Below are positions 11,266 through 24,313 of a DNA stretch of 47,548 nucleotides, in pieces. The translations under genes and the position numbers were made by a program. The notes under the pieces were generated by a model that had not been told where the DNA came from, made no database searches, and saw nothing but the letters and a program-made list of their open reading frames with translations. The stretch is from contig NC_057718.1 in assembly GCF_004010195.1 (NCBI RefSeq), positions 62,216,981 to 62,264,528 on the forward strand. Direction: 5' to 3'. The stretch is from Chiloscyllium plagiosum. Taxonomy: Eukaryota. Position 1 is the stretch's first letter; each line of letters opens with the position of its first letter.

Positions 11266-11524
11266 TCTTGTTTTTTTTTCTCTCCCTTAAATTGTCAGTT
11301 TACCTGAGGTGACATAAAAATAGCTAATGTGGGAGTTTGCAACATTTTATGATGTTGCACAATATGCTGTCATGAAGTTTTGAGTTCGAGCTTCTCTCCT
11401 TCTGTTTATAGGCAATATCTATTCATGTTTCTAGATGGATAACACTTAGGAATGGGAACTTTGGCAAATTTAATCTGGTCATTCTGTTCAAACAGACCTA
11501 CTGAACTCATGTAGGCATTGGGAT

Positions 11525-11700
11525 TTTTAATAGTTGTATTCACAGTGTAATTGGATAAATACATGAAGATCAAAGAATTGCAGGGCTTCGAGGAAAGAAG
11601 AAAGAAATGGGTATAACAAACTTGCTGTTTGAAAGAAGTCAGTGCAGACTTAATGGGCAGAACAGCTTCTGTTTGTGTTCTGTAATTCCATGATGTATTA
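11525..11700 (+). mobile_element. Old CR1 3' tail
   Basis: ttggataaatacatgaag...gcagacttaatgggcagaacagcttctg..ctgtaattccatga. Confidence 0.55.
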
Positions 11701-12716
11701 TTGTGATTTCAAAGTTACCATCACAGTTAATGTGAAGAAATGCCTTACAAATCAGGAACCACGTAGAAATTATATACACAGATCCAGACTATTTTGATAC
11801 CTGATGAATACTCTGACAAATGACGACAAAATAAATTGTGTATATCATTGCATTCATCATACCTTCTGCTTTTATGATTTGCGAAGTGCATAATTTTGTT
11901 TTAAAATCCAACCTCCCAATCTTGTTGAGTACTGGTAGGGTATGACCGCTGGGTATCTTTCAGTATTTACTCATTCTTCAAGGGAAACCTAATGGATCTC
12001 TTAATATGATAATACTAATTATTTGTGCCTTTATTGTACAAAACTAGGTCTTAAATAGCTTTGCTCCTACTTGGGTCCACAATATATTGCTCCAGGAAGC
12101 AACCAGTAAAACATTCTGTAAGCCCATTATCCAGATAACCATTTCCAATTTGATTGGTCCACGTATGATGATCCTGTGAATATTATAGTCGCCAAATTAT
12201 TATATTGTCTTTATTATAAATTGGTCTTTTTTTTTCTAATTGCAGTGATATAACTAGTTATAGTCTGGAAATTACTCACACCACAATTTTTAGCTTTAAT
12301 TTCTGATATGCTTAATATCTGCCTTAGATTATTTCTTTTCCAAGTTCTGTATTTGAATTTGTGCCCTCATTCCTCAATACACCCAGCAGAATTTCAATCC
12401 TATATCTACCCATGTAATTTGCTCTCACATGTGCTAAAACAACTGCATATACGCATCCCTCACCATCACCACTGAATTGCTTGCCACAAGAAAATGTACT
12501 ACACCCTGGCAACAGGCATGCAACATATCCTTTGGCAGTTGAGAACAGTACCAGTTACCCTGACCAAAGTGTCACACATCAATGTTGCATTCTTTTATGC
12601 ATGCACCTGCTTGAATAATGTTTGCTTCTTCGGTCCTTGTTCTTTTTCTCCTGGTAACTGTGAAAGGCAGAGACCCCTCCATCACTACATTTCCATAGCT
12701 GCCTGATGTGCAGTGG

Positions 12717-13240
12717 GAACGCAGTGCCATAGTGTTATTGTCACTGGACTGGCAATTCCCTGGAGAATCGCATAGTGGCAAATTTGAATTTTGTAGAATT
12801 TGTCAACAAAATAAAGTCTGATTGTGACCAATTAGCCACTGTAAACTGTTAATAAAATCCATCTGCTTCACTAATGTACTTTAGGAAAGGAAATTTGCTC
12901 TCCATGCTCATATAGAAAACTGACAATGTGGATAAAGGCCATTCGTCCCATCAAATCTGCACTGATCCACTGAACAACATCCCACCCAGACCTAGCCCCT
13001 TTACCCTATCCCCATAACCGTGCACACAACATGGAAATTACACCTAGCTTGTATATCCCTGGTCACTACAGGGCACTTTAGCATTGCCAATCCACCTAAC
13101 CTGCACATCTTTGATCCTCATCTGGCCTATATGTGACTCCACATCCGCCACAGTGGGGTTGACTCTTAATTGCCTGAGGAAATGGCTTTGTGAGCTACAT
13201 TTTAAGGGCAATGAGGGCTCACATTCCATGTAAGAATTTT
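12717..13240 (+). mobile_element. Short non-autonomous retroposon interrupted by a nested SINE fragment
   Basis: The body catctgcttcactaatgtactttaggaaaggaaa resumes after the insertion as tctggcctatatgtgactcca...ggttgactcttaattgcc. Homologous to 22740-22910. Confidence 0.7.
12912..13113 (-). mobile_element. 3' part of HE1-like SINE nested in the preceding element
   Basis: tttagcattgccaatccacctaacctgcacatctttg matches 6703-6740; has the CR1-type tail aggccattcgtcccatc. Confidence 0.8.
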
Positions 13241-13830
13241 TTTAAAAATCCTCCTGTCCCTGACCATTGACTAACTCTAAAGGTCATCTCCCCACAAGAG
13301 TGTAAGTGCCTTCCAAAACAAAGTGCATCCATCCAAATACTTCACAATGTCTGTGTGCAGTTTAGAATGCATCTCAGCAACTCTGGGCCAAAACTGCTCA
13401 AACTTCATACACTTAGTGCTGAGAGTATGGTTGCCTGGCAAAATGTTCCATGTACTCCCACGTGTTGCAATAATGACACCTTCCCTGTTCTGCTATTAGA
13501 GTCTAACATTCTTTATTTGATTAGTTAATCAATTTAATGCTAAGCTAATAGCAAATTACCTTCTCCTAACTTAGAGGCAAAAGTTACCGTGTCAGCTAAT
13601 GAAGTTAAAACAAATAGAAACAAAATGCAGGACAGAGTCTGTTCTAGTGGCACAGTGGTAAGGTGTCTCATAATATATATGAACAGGATTAAAAATTACT
13701 AAAAAGCAGGACCTCCTTCCTGTGAAACCTAAATTCCCACCTGGATTCTATTCAAAAAGCATTCTGATCCCGGATCACTCCGCAGTAGTGAGCACTATCA
13801 ATTTGTATAAAGAGTGTGCCTAGAAAGTGT

Positions 13831-14185
13831 GGGCAGCACAGTAACTCAGTTGTTAGCTTGCTACCTCGTAGTGCTAGGGACCTGTGTTCAAGTCCCGCCT
13901 CAGGAGACTGTGCAAACTTCACACAGACAGTCTCCCTGTGTCTGCATGAATTTCCTTCAGGTGCTCCAGATTCCTCCCACAATTCAAAGATTTGTAGGAT
14001 AGGGTGAATTAGCCCATACTAAATTGCCCATAGTGTCCAGGAATGTGTAGGTTAAATGGATTAGTCATAATAAAAATGGGGTGATGGGATACAGTCGGGG
14101 TGGGTCTGGGGTGGGAAGCTCTTTGGAGAGTTGGTGTGAACTGGATGAGCTGAATGGCCTCCTTCCGCACTGTAAGGGTTCAATG
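13831..14185 (+). mobile_element. Full-length V-SINE (HE1-like)
   Basis: tRNA head gggcagcacagtaactcagttgttagc..gttcaagtcc, V-domain, and CR1-type tail gctgaatggcctccttccgcactgta. Confidence 0.88.
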
Positions 14186-14744
14186 GGTAAGTCATCCTTG
14201 CTAAATCATCTGCTATTGTTTACTTCAAAGTTAATTAAAATTTATCCTGGCAACCACTTTCAGTTGATGACAGCAATCATTGTCAGGTCATTTCTGTTAA
14301 AGTATTTTGACCAAGCAGGAGATTTTGAAGTTCTGACTCTGAACTTCAAACTGTTAGACTGAGTTACAGCTTGAGGAAGAGATAACAGAAAGAACTTATT
14401 TGAACCAAATACCCAATTTAGCACATGCTTCATGAAGTACCATGTTCCTGGATCACATTTTATGGAGTGAAAAGTTGTTCTTATCTCATGGCAGTTTTTC
14501 ATGTTCCTCTCAACATACCGACAGATCTTTTAGTTTAGTATTCCATTGAAAAGATGGTTCATCCAGGCCAGAAGTCCCTCATTGCATTTTGAAGTTTCAG
14601 CCTAGAATGTATGTAGCTATCACCTACAATCATCATGGTCAAAAGAAAGAATGCTTCCGTTAAGGGGTAGTGATGTTGGGAAGTTCCCAAATTCAGTTGG
14701 ACCATCAGGACCAGTGACAAAGGGTGGGGTATTTCCCCATAGCT

Positions 14745-15740
14745 GTACACATTCAGGCAAGTAGGGAGTGTTCTATCATACTCCTGATTTGTGCCTTGTG
14801 GATAGTGGACAGACTTTGAGCAATCAGGAGGTGAGTTACTTGCTGCCGGAATCTTAGTCTCTGACCTGTTCTTGTAGCCATTGTATTTATATGGTAAGTC
14901 CAACTGAGTTTCTGTTCAATGCTAGCCCCCCAGGATGTTGATAATACCCAGGGTATTCATTGATGATGATGCTATTGAATGTCAAGGGGTGATGGTTAGA
15001 TTCTCTTGCTAGCATTGGTCCTTGCCTGACATTTATGTGAATCAAATATCACTTGCACTTTTCAACCCAAACCTGGATATTGCCCAGATCTTCCTGCATT
15101 TAGACGTGGACTGCCTCAATATCTGAGCAGTCATAGATGGTGCTGTACCTTGTACAATCATCTGCAACATCCCCACTTCTGACCTTATGATGGATGGAAG
15201 GTCATTGATGGAACCATTTTTGCACTGATTCCAGTTTTGCTGGGGCTTCTTAATGCCATGCTTGGTTAAGTACGCTCAAGGATAGTAGCACTCCCTTCAC
15301 CTCTGGAATTCAGCCTTTTTTTATTTTTGTCCATGTTTGAATCAAGGTTGCAATGAAGTCAGAACTGAGTGGCCTTGATAGTTCCCAAACTGTGGATCAT
15401 AGAGCAGGTTATTGGTGAGCACTTTTGAACACATCTTCCATAACTTTACTGATGATTGAGAGTAGATTGATGGGATGATAATTGGCCAGGTTGGATTTAT
15501 CCAGATGTGTACAGGATATACCTGGGCAATTTTCACATTGTCAGATAGCTGCCAGTGTTGTAGATCTACTAAAGCAGTTTGACAAGGGAACAGCAAATAC
15601 TGGAGCCCAAGATTTCAGTAGTATTGCTGGAATATAGTCAGGGCTCATTGTCTTTGCAATATCCAGTCTTCCTCTTATGTTGTGGAATGAATTGAACTGG
15701 CTGAATCTGTGATTCTAGGGCCTTTGGATAAGATCAAGAG
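14745..15740 (-). mobile_element. Decayed CR1-group LINE RT region (second family)
   Basis: ORF 15342..15596 contains KIAQVYPVH (WKIAQVCPVH-like) and PQFG; ORF 14559..14903 is an off-frame piece of the same element. Similar to 36320-37125. Confidence 0.8.
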
Positions 15741-15754
15741 GAAGGGTTTCTTAC

Positions 15755-17050
15755 TACTTTGCATTAAATTTCATCTGCCACTTGTCCATCTTCCTCTAAC
15801 CAACCAATTTGGGATTAAAAGTGGGAATTTACACTTGGAGGCAGGTAGCAAGGATTAAGTACCAAATTAATACTTTACATCTGTATTGACCAAGGAAGAT
15901 GATGCTGTGTGGTCATGGTGAGAAAGCAGATAGTTCAGACACTTTTGAGGGTTTAAAATTGAAGTTCTGCACCATCCTGTACAGCATTCATAATCCTTCA
16001 AGGTTTCTATTATCTGCAAACTTTGAAATTATGCCCTGTACATCATGGTTTTGGTCAAAAGAAAGGGTCCTAATACTGAGTCCTTTGGAATGCCATCTCA
16101 AGTTTCCTCACCATTCAGGTTAAACAGGCTGACCTGTCTTGCTGAGCTTATCTTCACACCCTTTTATTGAACATGACTCTAATCCTCTAGCACTGCTCCT
16201 CAGTGTAAGGAAGAATGGAAAATTATGGCTAGTACCTCTATTTCCAATTCCTCTTCCTTCTCTATCTCTGGAAATATCTCATCCAGTCCTGATGTTTTAT
16301 CAATTTAAACTGAGACAATCTTTCCAATACTACCTCTTCATCAATTTTAAACCCTTAAAGTGTCTGAACTATCTGCTTTCTCACCATAACCACACAGCAT
16401 CATCTTCCTTGGTCAATACAGATGTAAAGTATTAATTTGGTACTTAATCCTTGCCACCTGCCTCCAAGTGTAAATTCCTATTTTTAATCCCAAATTGACC
16501 CCACTCTTCGTTTTGCTATTTGTGTGCCAAGAGTAGACTTTTATATTCCTGTATTATTCTGTTAGTTGCCTTCCTCATCTCCAACTTTTTTTTTCAGTTC
16601 CCCTTAGAACATTCTGTGTTCAGTTTGGTTCTCTGATAACTGTCATGAGCGCACTTTTTCTTCATTTAATCTCTATCTATTTTTCAACTAAAAGAACCGT
16701 TTGTTGTTTGTTTTATTTGAATTCCATTTGTACCTTGATTGTATCAGAAACAGATTTCCTTCAAAAGTTGCCCATTGCTTAGCTACGGTTTTTCCTGCCA
16801 ATCTTAGATTCCAATTTATTAGGTAAGAACCATTCCTACCCCACTGAATATTCCCCTACTCACAGTTGAACCACTTGGCCCACCCAATTCCTAAGCCTAG
16901 GTCTGGCATTGCCTGTTTTCTCATTGGACTTGCTATTCAGCTGGAAAAAATATTTCTGAATGTACTCTCGCCCCTTACTGCCCCTTCGCACAGTTATTCT
17001 CTGAATTTGTATCAAATCTGTAATTCTGCTATATTCAGGAATACTTAATA
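15755..17050 (-). mobile_element. Highly decayed CR1 fragments
   Basis: Antisense CR1 motifs gcattaaatttcatctgcca, tctgcaaactttgaaattatgcc and ggtcaatacagatgtaaagta. Confidence 0.55.
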
Positions 17051-18317
17051 GCCAATCCCATCCTTCTTTGAGTCATGGACCCATTGTAGCCACAACATTC
17101 CACCTAACTGTCGACATGCCCTTTGTATGCATTATTGCTTGATTTATAAAATTTGTTTGGAATATTTATTTTATGCTGGCTTATATTTTAGCATTGTGGA
17201 CTTAATTGCTGTGAAGACCATTAATACAAGATGTCAGGTGAAGATGTCGTGACTTGGAATTGGGTTGCATTCTCTAGTTCTGAAATTGGATAACTTGATT
17301 GTGGATAACATGGAAATTGAATGTGTTGCTTGCCTTATCCGTGTATTCTGCATCCTTTTGCAGTTGATTGTCATACAGCTGGTGGCAAGGGCCTTTTCTT
17401 CATGTTGACAATGTTCTGTAGCGTGCAGCAACAAGATTACACTAGCTTTGGTTTGTGCTGTGCTGAGTACTGCAGATCTCCTGCAGAGCAATTCAGGCAG
17501 CTGAAGTGTTATTTCATCACGCTATTGGTTTGGTCACTTTGCAGCTTGGCCTTTATTTGGGTACATTCTGCCCAAATATGTGAGAGTTACAAATTGACAT
17601 CATGGGACAGACGATCAATGGATAACCCTTGTCATCTAATAGCTTGGTTTGTCCTGTTCACTTAAATGCAGGATCAGACTGCTATCCAAATGAAAGCATC
17701 ATGACTGTTAGCAGTAGTCTGTGCTCATTGTCTTTTTTTGTCCTTTTTACTTAAAGCAGAATTTGTAAAAAACGTGTAAAGCACTTTTCGGATATATTTT
17801 ATAAAGTATGTAGCATCAAATCACACTGTTTATGTGACCATATTTTGCAAACTTGCTTATGTGCAAAATATACTTTATCACCCCCCCACCAAGAGTCTAA
17901 TATTTGCTTATCGAAAATGATAAAGAAGAAAATTGAAAAGGCTACTTGCTTTATGAAATAGAATGCAGGCTGTGCTTACTTTTCGTACTGCGCTTATGTT
18001 TCATGCCGCAAACACACTGTTTTTCATTTCGTCCTTGTTTGAAATAACCACTTGAACCTTTCAAGGAGAGTGTCCCTCACAAATGCACAACTTTACTTGA
18101 ATTTCCTTTCTTTTGTATTCTTCCCTCTACTGTATTCTCAACTTAAAGATGTGCCTATTGACACACCTTTGAGATTCCTGCTATTTATTCTTATTGAATA
18201 CATTTTTAGTGTGGATCCATCATTTGTTTGCATCTAGTCTGTAATAATATGTTTTGTTAGTTTCTTTTGAGAATAACAGATGTAGAGGTAATATTTTTGT
18301 TCTAAACATTAATATTT

Positions 18318-18380
18318 TCAATGCTGCCTAACCTGCTGTGTATTCCCCAGATTTTCTCTTTTTATTGTATCTCTGGCAAC
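18318..18380. mobile_element. Penelope-type terminal fragment
   Basis: atgctgcctaacctgctgtgtattccccagattttct, same family as 2014-2170 and 40410-40503. Confidence 0.5.
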
Positions 18381-19544
18381 ATTATCTATTTCCAAAGTCA
18401 TTATGGACAAGATGTTATTTTTAGTGCATCGATGAATATCTTCACAACAAATTCCTGTGTTCTATTTCTTTGTGGCATTAAAAGAGCACACATAAATTTG
18501 GTGTAAATGCATTGAAATCGCACGAAAAATAGCACATAACAATTTAACTGTTTATTTCTTTAAATGAAAAGTTTTTCACTCCGAGTACTACTTGACAGCT
18601 GGGCTTGTTTACAACACAACTATTGTGTTGTTTTGAAAGAACTGGAATGTGAATGATTGATTTGCAGAGGAGGGGAACTTTTATAACTATAAACATTTCT
18701 GGTTTATAAATTTGCTTCTGAAATGATTCAGAACTTCACTTGATACAATTAATCCAGTGTTGCATTTCTTTAATGTAATTTATTTTTAAAATTTCCAATT
18801 TATATCTCAAGTTTAGTTACAAAGGGAATACTTCAGTTTTCCTTTGTAGGAATTACTAGCCTCTCCATTGCAATGATTTATATTGTGTCTTCGAATACAA
18901 AATTTATTTGAACATTGCAAATTTTCATAAACAATTTGGTTTTCTAAATGTGAGTTTGCTACTTTGTGGACAGATATCTGAATTTGCTCTGCATAACAGA
19001 TCAAATGTAGTTGCAGCTCTGACACCTATGGAAATAGGAACTTCACACAGTTGGTTGAGGCATTTTACAAATCTAAACCTTAAAATATAATGTCATGCAC
19101 ATAAATTAACAAATTGATTATTCAATCATAACTAATAAATCTGATTAATGGTACTTGATTCTGAATTGTATAGCTTGTGTTTAATTCCAATTGAAAATAC
19201 AATTCGAATAGACCTAACAGTTATGAAATTTCTATCTGAACAGTCACTGAAAAATGAATAAAGAAGTGAGTAAAGGACTTTGTGACCCTTACTGTGTTTG
19301 TTCACTGCGTACAGGAAAAAAAATCTTAATTGTGTATTCAAGCAAAGTGTGGGGCTGATTGGATAAAACAAGGAGACCTTTTTGTGGAGATAATGAACCA
19401 CAGCTGAGTAACTATTTTAATACTTTGCACAAGAGCAAATGATGCTGCCAGTTAACTGGAGAGGAGGTGGTGCAGGAGATATTGGATTGTACAAAAATGG
19501 ATACATATGAATTGGCAGTTCTCAAAATAAAATGCCACCTAGTA

Positions 19545-20390
19545 CAAATTGGATTCATCCAAGATTTTTAATGGAGCTAACTGGTGAAACCTTGCAGAGA
19601 TTCTGGCCAAAGTCTTCTAATCCTCCTTGAAAATAGGGATGGTGTCAAGGTGTCAAAGATTGCAAATGTCACATTCCTGTTTTGAAAAGGGAACAGGATA
19701 AACAAGGCACCTACAGACCAGATAGGTTTAACCTTGAAGAAAAAATAACCCAGCTCAAAATAAATTGGCATTTGGCAAAAATATAGGCTAATAAATCAAA
19801 GTTTGCATGGATTTGTTAAAGGCAAGTTGTGTTTACTGATGTGACTGAGTGCTTTTAAATAGTGGAGAGGGTTGGTGGTGTTGTGTTTGATGCAAGAACT
19901 TTGAAAAATATGATGTGTTAGAGTTGTTTGTAAAGGAAAATCCATGGACTTAAAGGAACAGCAGTGGTGTGAATCCACGATTGCTGAAGTGCTTTTTGAG
20001 ATTCAGTCAAAGATGGTATTGTTGCTCTCCTTCAAGTAGGGAGGTCTGGAGACTTTGATCAATGTGTTAAAAATCATGAATGGGTTTTGATAATGTAAAT
20101 AAGAATAAATTGTTTCCAGTGGTGGAAAGATCAACTATCAAAAGGATGCAGATTTAAATGATTTGGAATAGAACAAATCTTTTTTTCACAGCCATTTATT
20201 ATAATGTGGAATGCAGTGACTAAAAGAATAGTTGGAAAATATTCAATAAAACGTTTGAGAGAATTGAAAAGTGCTTTAAAAATGATCAGACTGTGAAGAA
20301 AATGCAGGGAGTGGGATTCATTAAATAGCTCTACCAAAGTGCAAGCATACTTGGGGTAGGCCAATGGATTCTATCTTAGACTTATAGAAT
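19545..20390 (+). mobile_element. Old CR1 fragment (RT + tail)
   Basis: gattgcaaatgtcacattcctgttttgaaaaggg (IANVTxLF), gcatggatttgttaaaggcaagttgtgtttactg (HGFVKGKxCL). Confidence 0.75.
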
Positions 20391-20579
20391 TATACTCAGA
20401 ATATGGTTAGTCATGGTGAATTTTATAAACATTTTATTGTTTGATGTAGCATTAATGGAGGTGTCCTTCAATTGCTTGATTCAAATATGGAATTTCCACT
20501 GTGTACGTTTCATGTTTGCATTTGCTGCAGTCTTCCCATTTAGCGACTTATTGTTTCATTACGAAACATCCAAATATGT

Positions 20580-21430
20580 GAAAATCATGGAATTGTAAAA
20601 TTATTATACCACAGAAGAACACCATTTATCCCATTTGAATCTGCCCTGGCTCTCCACAAGAGCAATTTAGCTAGTGCTATTATCTTGGCTACTCTTTGTC
20701 GCCCTGCAATTTTTTTTCTTTGAGATGCTTATTAAATTTCTGTTTGAAAGTCATGATTGAAACTACCTCCACTACACACTGAAGTATTATGTTCCAGATC
20801 TTAACCTGTTTGCAAAAGAATGTTTTCCTCGTGTTGCTTTCGGTTCTTTAGCCAATCACTTTAAACGCGTGCCCTCGGGTTCCTGATGCTTCCACCAATG
20901 GGAGCAATTTCTCTTCATCTATTCTGTCTAGAGTCCTCATGACTTTGAACAATCTATCAAATTTTGTCTCAACCTTCGTTAAGGAGAATAGCCTGCCAAC
21001 TTCACCAATCTATTGATGTAACTAAAGTCCGTCATCTTGTAAATCTTCTCTTCATCATCTCCAGTCCCTTCACAGTCTTCCTGAAATGTGGTGGCCAGAT
21101 TATTCTAATTTAGGTTGATTACCATTATTTCTTTTGTACCTTTTTGTCTCCTTTTATAAAACCCAGAATACTCTTATACCTTTTAGCTACAGTCTCAACT
21201 TCTCTTGCTGCCTTAAATATCTTGCGCCCTAGATTTTTCTGTTCATGTACGTCTATTAGAGTTATACTCTTTATAACTCTCTCCTCCTTCCTACCAGAGG
21301 AACACTATATTTATATGCATTAAATTAGATCTGCCACATATGCAATCATTCTGGAGCCTTTCCACATAGTCTTGGTGTCTATCACTGTACTGTCCATAGT
21401 TCCCGATACTTTCAAGTTTATAGTCAGTTA
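20580..21430 (-). mobile_element. Old CR1 3' fragment, tail-to-tail with the previous copy
   Basis: Antisense CR1 3' motifs gtgccctcgggttcctga..ccaatgggagcaattt and gcattaaattagatctgcca. Confidence 0.7.
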
Positions 21431-22332
21431 TACATAGTGCAGACATCTAACGAGATTCAGTGAATGTTGGAGATTTGGTTATTAGATTACATGCTTGATT
21501 TTTCAAAAAATTTCCTTGAGTAATAATACAATTTGTTATATTGAAAACCACTGATAATTCTTGTAGTCTATATTGAAAGCACTAACAGCTCAATTTGAAA
21601 ACTAGAATATGCTCTCTATTTTAATGTGAAAAATGTTAATCCTTCATTTTCCAAGACTTGTGCTTTGTAATGTAGACTTAAACTTAGCAATGTAGTCAGT
21701 GATCATATTTTAATGAAATACAACATACTAATATTCTCTCTATGCAGTTTAATGGAGACAGTTTATTCTTAAGTAGTTTATACTTTGATAAGCAAATTAT
21801 AGTTGGTTTAGTAACAAAATGGAAGTCGTAATGTGGGCAATTATTGTAGTAAGATTATAATGTTAATTCCCCATATCACATTGTTATTCCCACCCAGCAT
21901 TTTGAAAATATGTACTTCCTAGATGTTATTCATTATGCTGTGATGATGTCATGGTTTTTCCATGTGGGAAATGTAATGGGGAAGTCCCAAACATTGAACT
22001 ACTGTGTTATGCAAATCAGTCAAGAAATGGACTCCCGCACAATTTTCCACAGCTTGTACCTCTGCTTGATATAGAAACCCAAGTAGCATTCATATTTCAA
22101 GAAGAGAAAGTTAAATGGAGTTTTGCTCTAGCTGAACTTTTTATCTAATAAGTGTTATTGTTTCCATTGAACACTCGTTTATTTGCCACAAAGTGATCTT
22201 TACTAAATTTGCATCTAATCATTCAGGCAACAAGCTAACAAATGATTTGATTAAATTATCTCCCAGATGTACACACAAATTAATTTTATAAATACTTTTA
22301 TTACATTTGTTAAATTGCTCCACAATTTTTAG

Positions 22333-22424
22333 TTTCCAGAACTTGGGAATTCAGTGTGCGAAGAAGAAAGAGGTGAAAGAGGCAATTCTACAAAGGATTC
22401 AGCGAAACCTGAACCCCTTTAATG
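22333..22424 (+). CDS. REL: c-Rel coding exon 4
   Basis: ttttag| acceptor, |gtaagg donor, 92 nt. Encodes [30 protein letters not shown], within ORF 22307..22513. Confidence 0.97.
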
Positions 22425-22699
22425 GTAAGGAATTTTCTCTTCTTTACCCTGCAACCATATGTATTTTTGAGGGGGGAGAAAGAAGACACAGTTATCAATG
22501 CTGCTCCAAATAGTTTATTATTATTTCAATTCCTTGCAGCTCAGGATATTTTCCAGGACTGTACATTGTTTGCTTGAAATTAGCTAAAGTTGATTCATGA
22601 CCTATCATCTCTGGCCTAAACTCCATTTGTGGTATTCCTTGATTGAGCAATCCGTATGAAGAGGCAGTCATGTATTAATTTATTCTGGAATCTTGGATT

Positions 22700-23715
22700 T
22701 GAGTCAAATCACAGCAGATGGTAGAATTTCAAATCAATAAAAAAATCTGGAATAAAATGTCTGACCATGAAACCATTTTAGATTGTTATAAAAATCCATT
22801 TAGTTCACAGATATTCTTTAGTATAGAAAACTGCCATCTTTACTTGTAAGAGACCTACAGCAAAGTGGCTGACTTTTAACTGCCCTCTGAAATGGTCTTG
22901 CAAGCCATTTCTTTGTATCAAGTGCTAAAAGCTCTCAAACAAAAGGGATGAAACTGGATGCAACATCTTACATCAACTGAGGCTCCAGAAATGACAGCAG
23001 CAAACTTGGCCCCATTAACCCTCATTAATGACATTGGGATTTAGTGCTCAAGTTAGGAGATTTATAATTGCAGACTAGTCAACCAATAAAAAATCCCGAT
23101 ATATTCTTACTAAAGGAATTGTACATGATCGACAATGTTCCAAGCAACACCATCACCACCCCACGGTATGTCCTGTCCCACTGGTAGACACCAATAGACC
23201 CAAAAGAGATGGCATCACAGTGGTATACAACCAAGAGGGAGTTGATCTGGAAAACCTTGACACTGACTCTCGGACCCATGATGTATCATGGCATCAGGCC
23301 AAATATAGGTATAGGATCTTCCTGTTGGTTACCAAATATGCTACGCAACCCAACTGCCCATCCTCCTCCAGACAGCAGGTTCAGTACTCGTCCATGACTT
23401 GGAGGAAGCACTGAGGATTGCAAGGGCACTGAATGTACTGAATGTACTTCAATGTCTGTCACCAAAGGTGGCTTAGCAACACCACTACTAACAAAGCTGA
23501 CCAAGCCGTAAAGAACACTGCTGTTGGACTGGGTCTTAGTGTGTGGGACAAAACATAATTTACCTCACCTTCATCAATTTGCCTGCCACAGAGGCATTTG
23601 TCCATGACTGCACTGACTGCATCAGTAAGAGTGACCACCACACAGTCATTATAGAGATGACCTTTTGGCTTCGCATTGAGAATACACTCCACCATGTAGT
23701 GTGGCACTACCAATG
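22700..23715 (+). mobile_element. 5' part (UTR + AP-endonuclease region) of a CR1-group LINE
   Basis: Decayed frame reads TITTPRYVLSHW...GITVVYNQEGV...HDVSWHQ...SDHHTV, i.e. endonuclease-type GY and SDH motifs. Confidence 0.75.
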
Positions 23716-24313
23716 GGTAAAATGGGTTTTGAAATGGTATCTTACTAAATTGGTGAAAGTTACTATATTTTATGAAATTAATCTTGATAATTTTGTAATG
23801 GCTTATTCACAAGCTGTTTTCAAAAGTTTAAAAACATTTTAATTAAATTTCTCCAGTATGAGTATTCAACATGCCCCTGCTTTTTTGTTCCGAAGTTCCT
23901 TTTGTCTCTTTTTTCATCAGGCTGCACCCCAACTAAAGGTCAGTCGATGAGGTCTTCCACTATTACCTATTAATTTGTTAGTTTGAGGTGAGCGAAATCC
24001 GCCAAGCAACTTTTTTTTTTTGTTGCTTTCTTTTTTCTTTCCTCCTGCAATTTTATGGGCTCCTGACAGAAATCTGCTGAGTTCATACACTCCCACATTG
24101 TTGAGAGGTTGCTTGGTACTTGCCCAAAATATCACACTTGTTTAAACTTAGCATAGATATGTTGCCGTCCACAATTCCATCTAGGTCTGCTTCATTACTT
24201 CTCAATTGGTATTGAAGTTGAAAGATCAGGCATAGATGTATTTTCTTCCTCAAACTGGAATTTTATTCTGTTCAAAAATTTACATAATTTGTACAAGTTT
24301 GGAAAGTCAACCG

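Noticed and set aside
13831..13905. tRNA gene
   Set aside because: Degenerate tRNA-like SINE head running into a V-domain; no intact cloverleaf. The same applies to 6820-6882.
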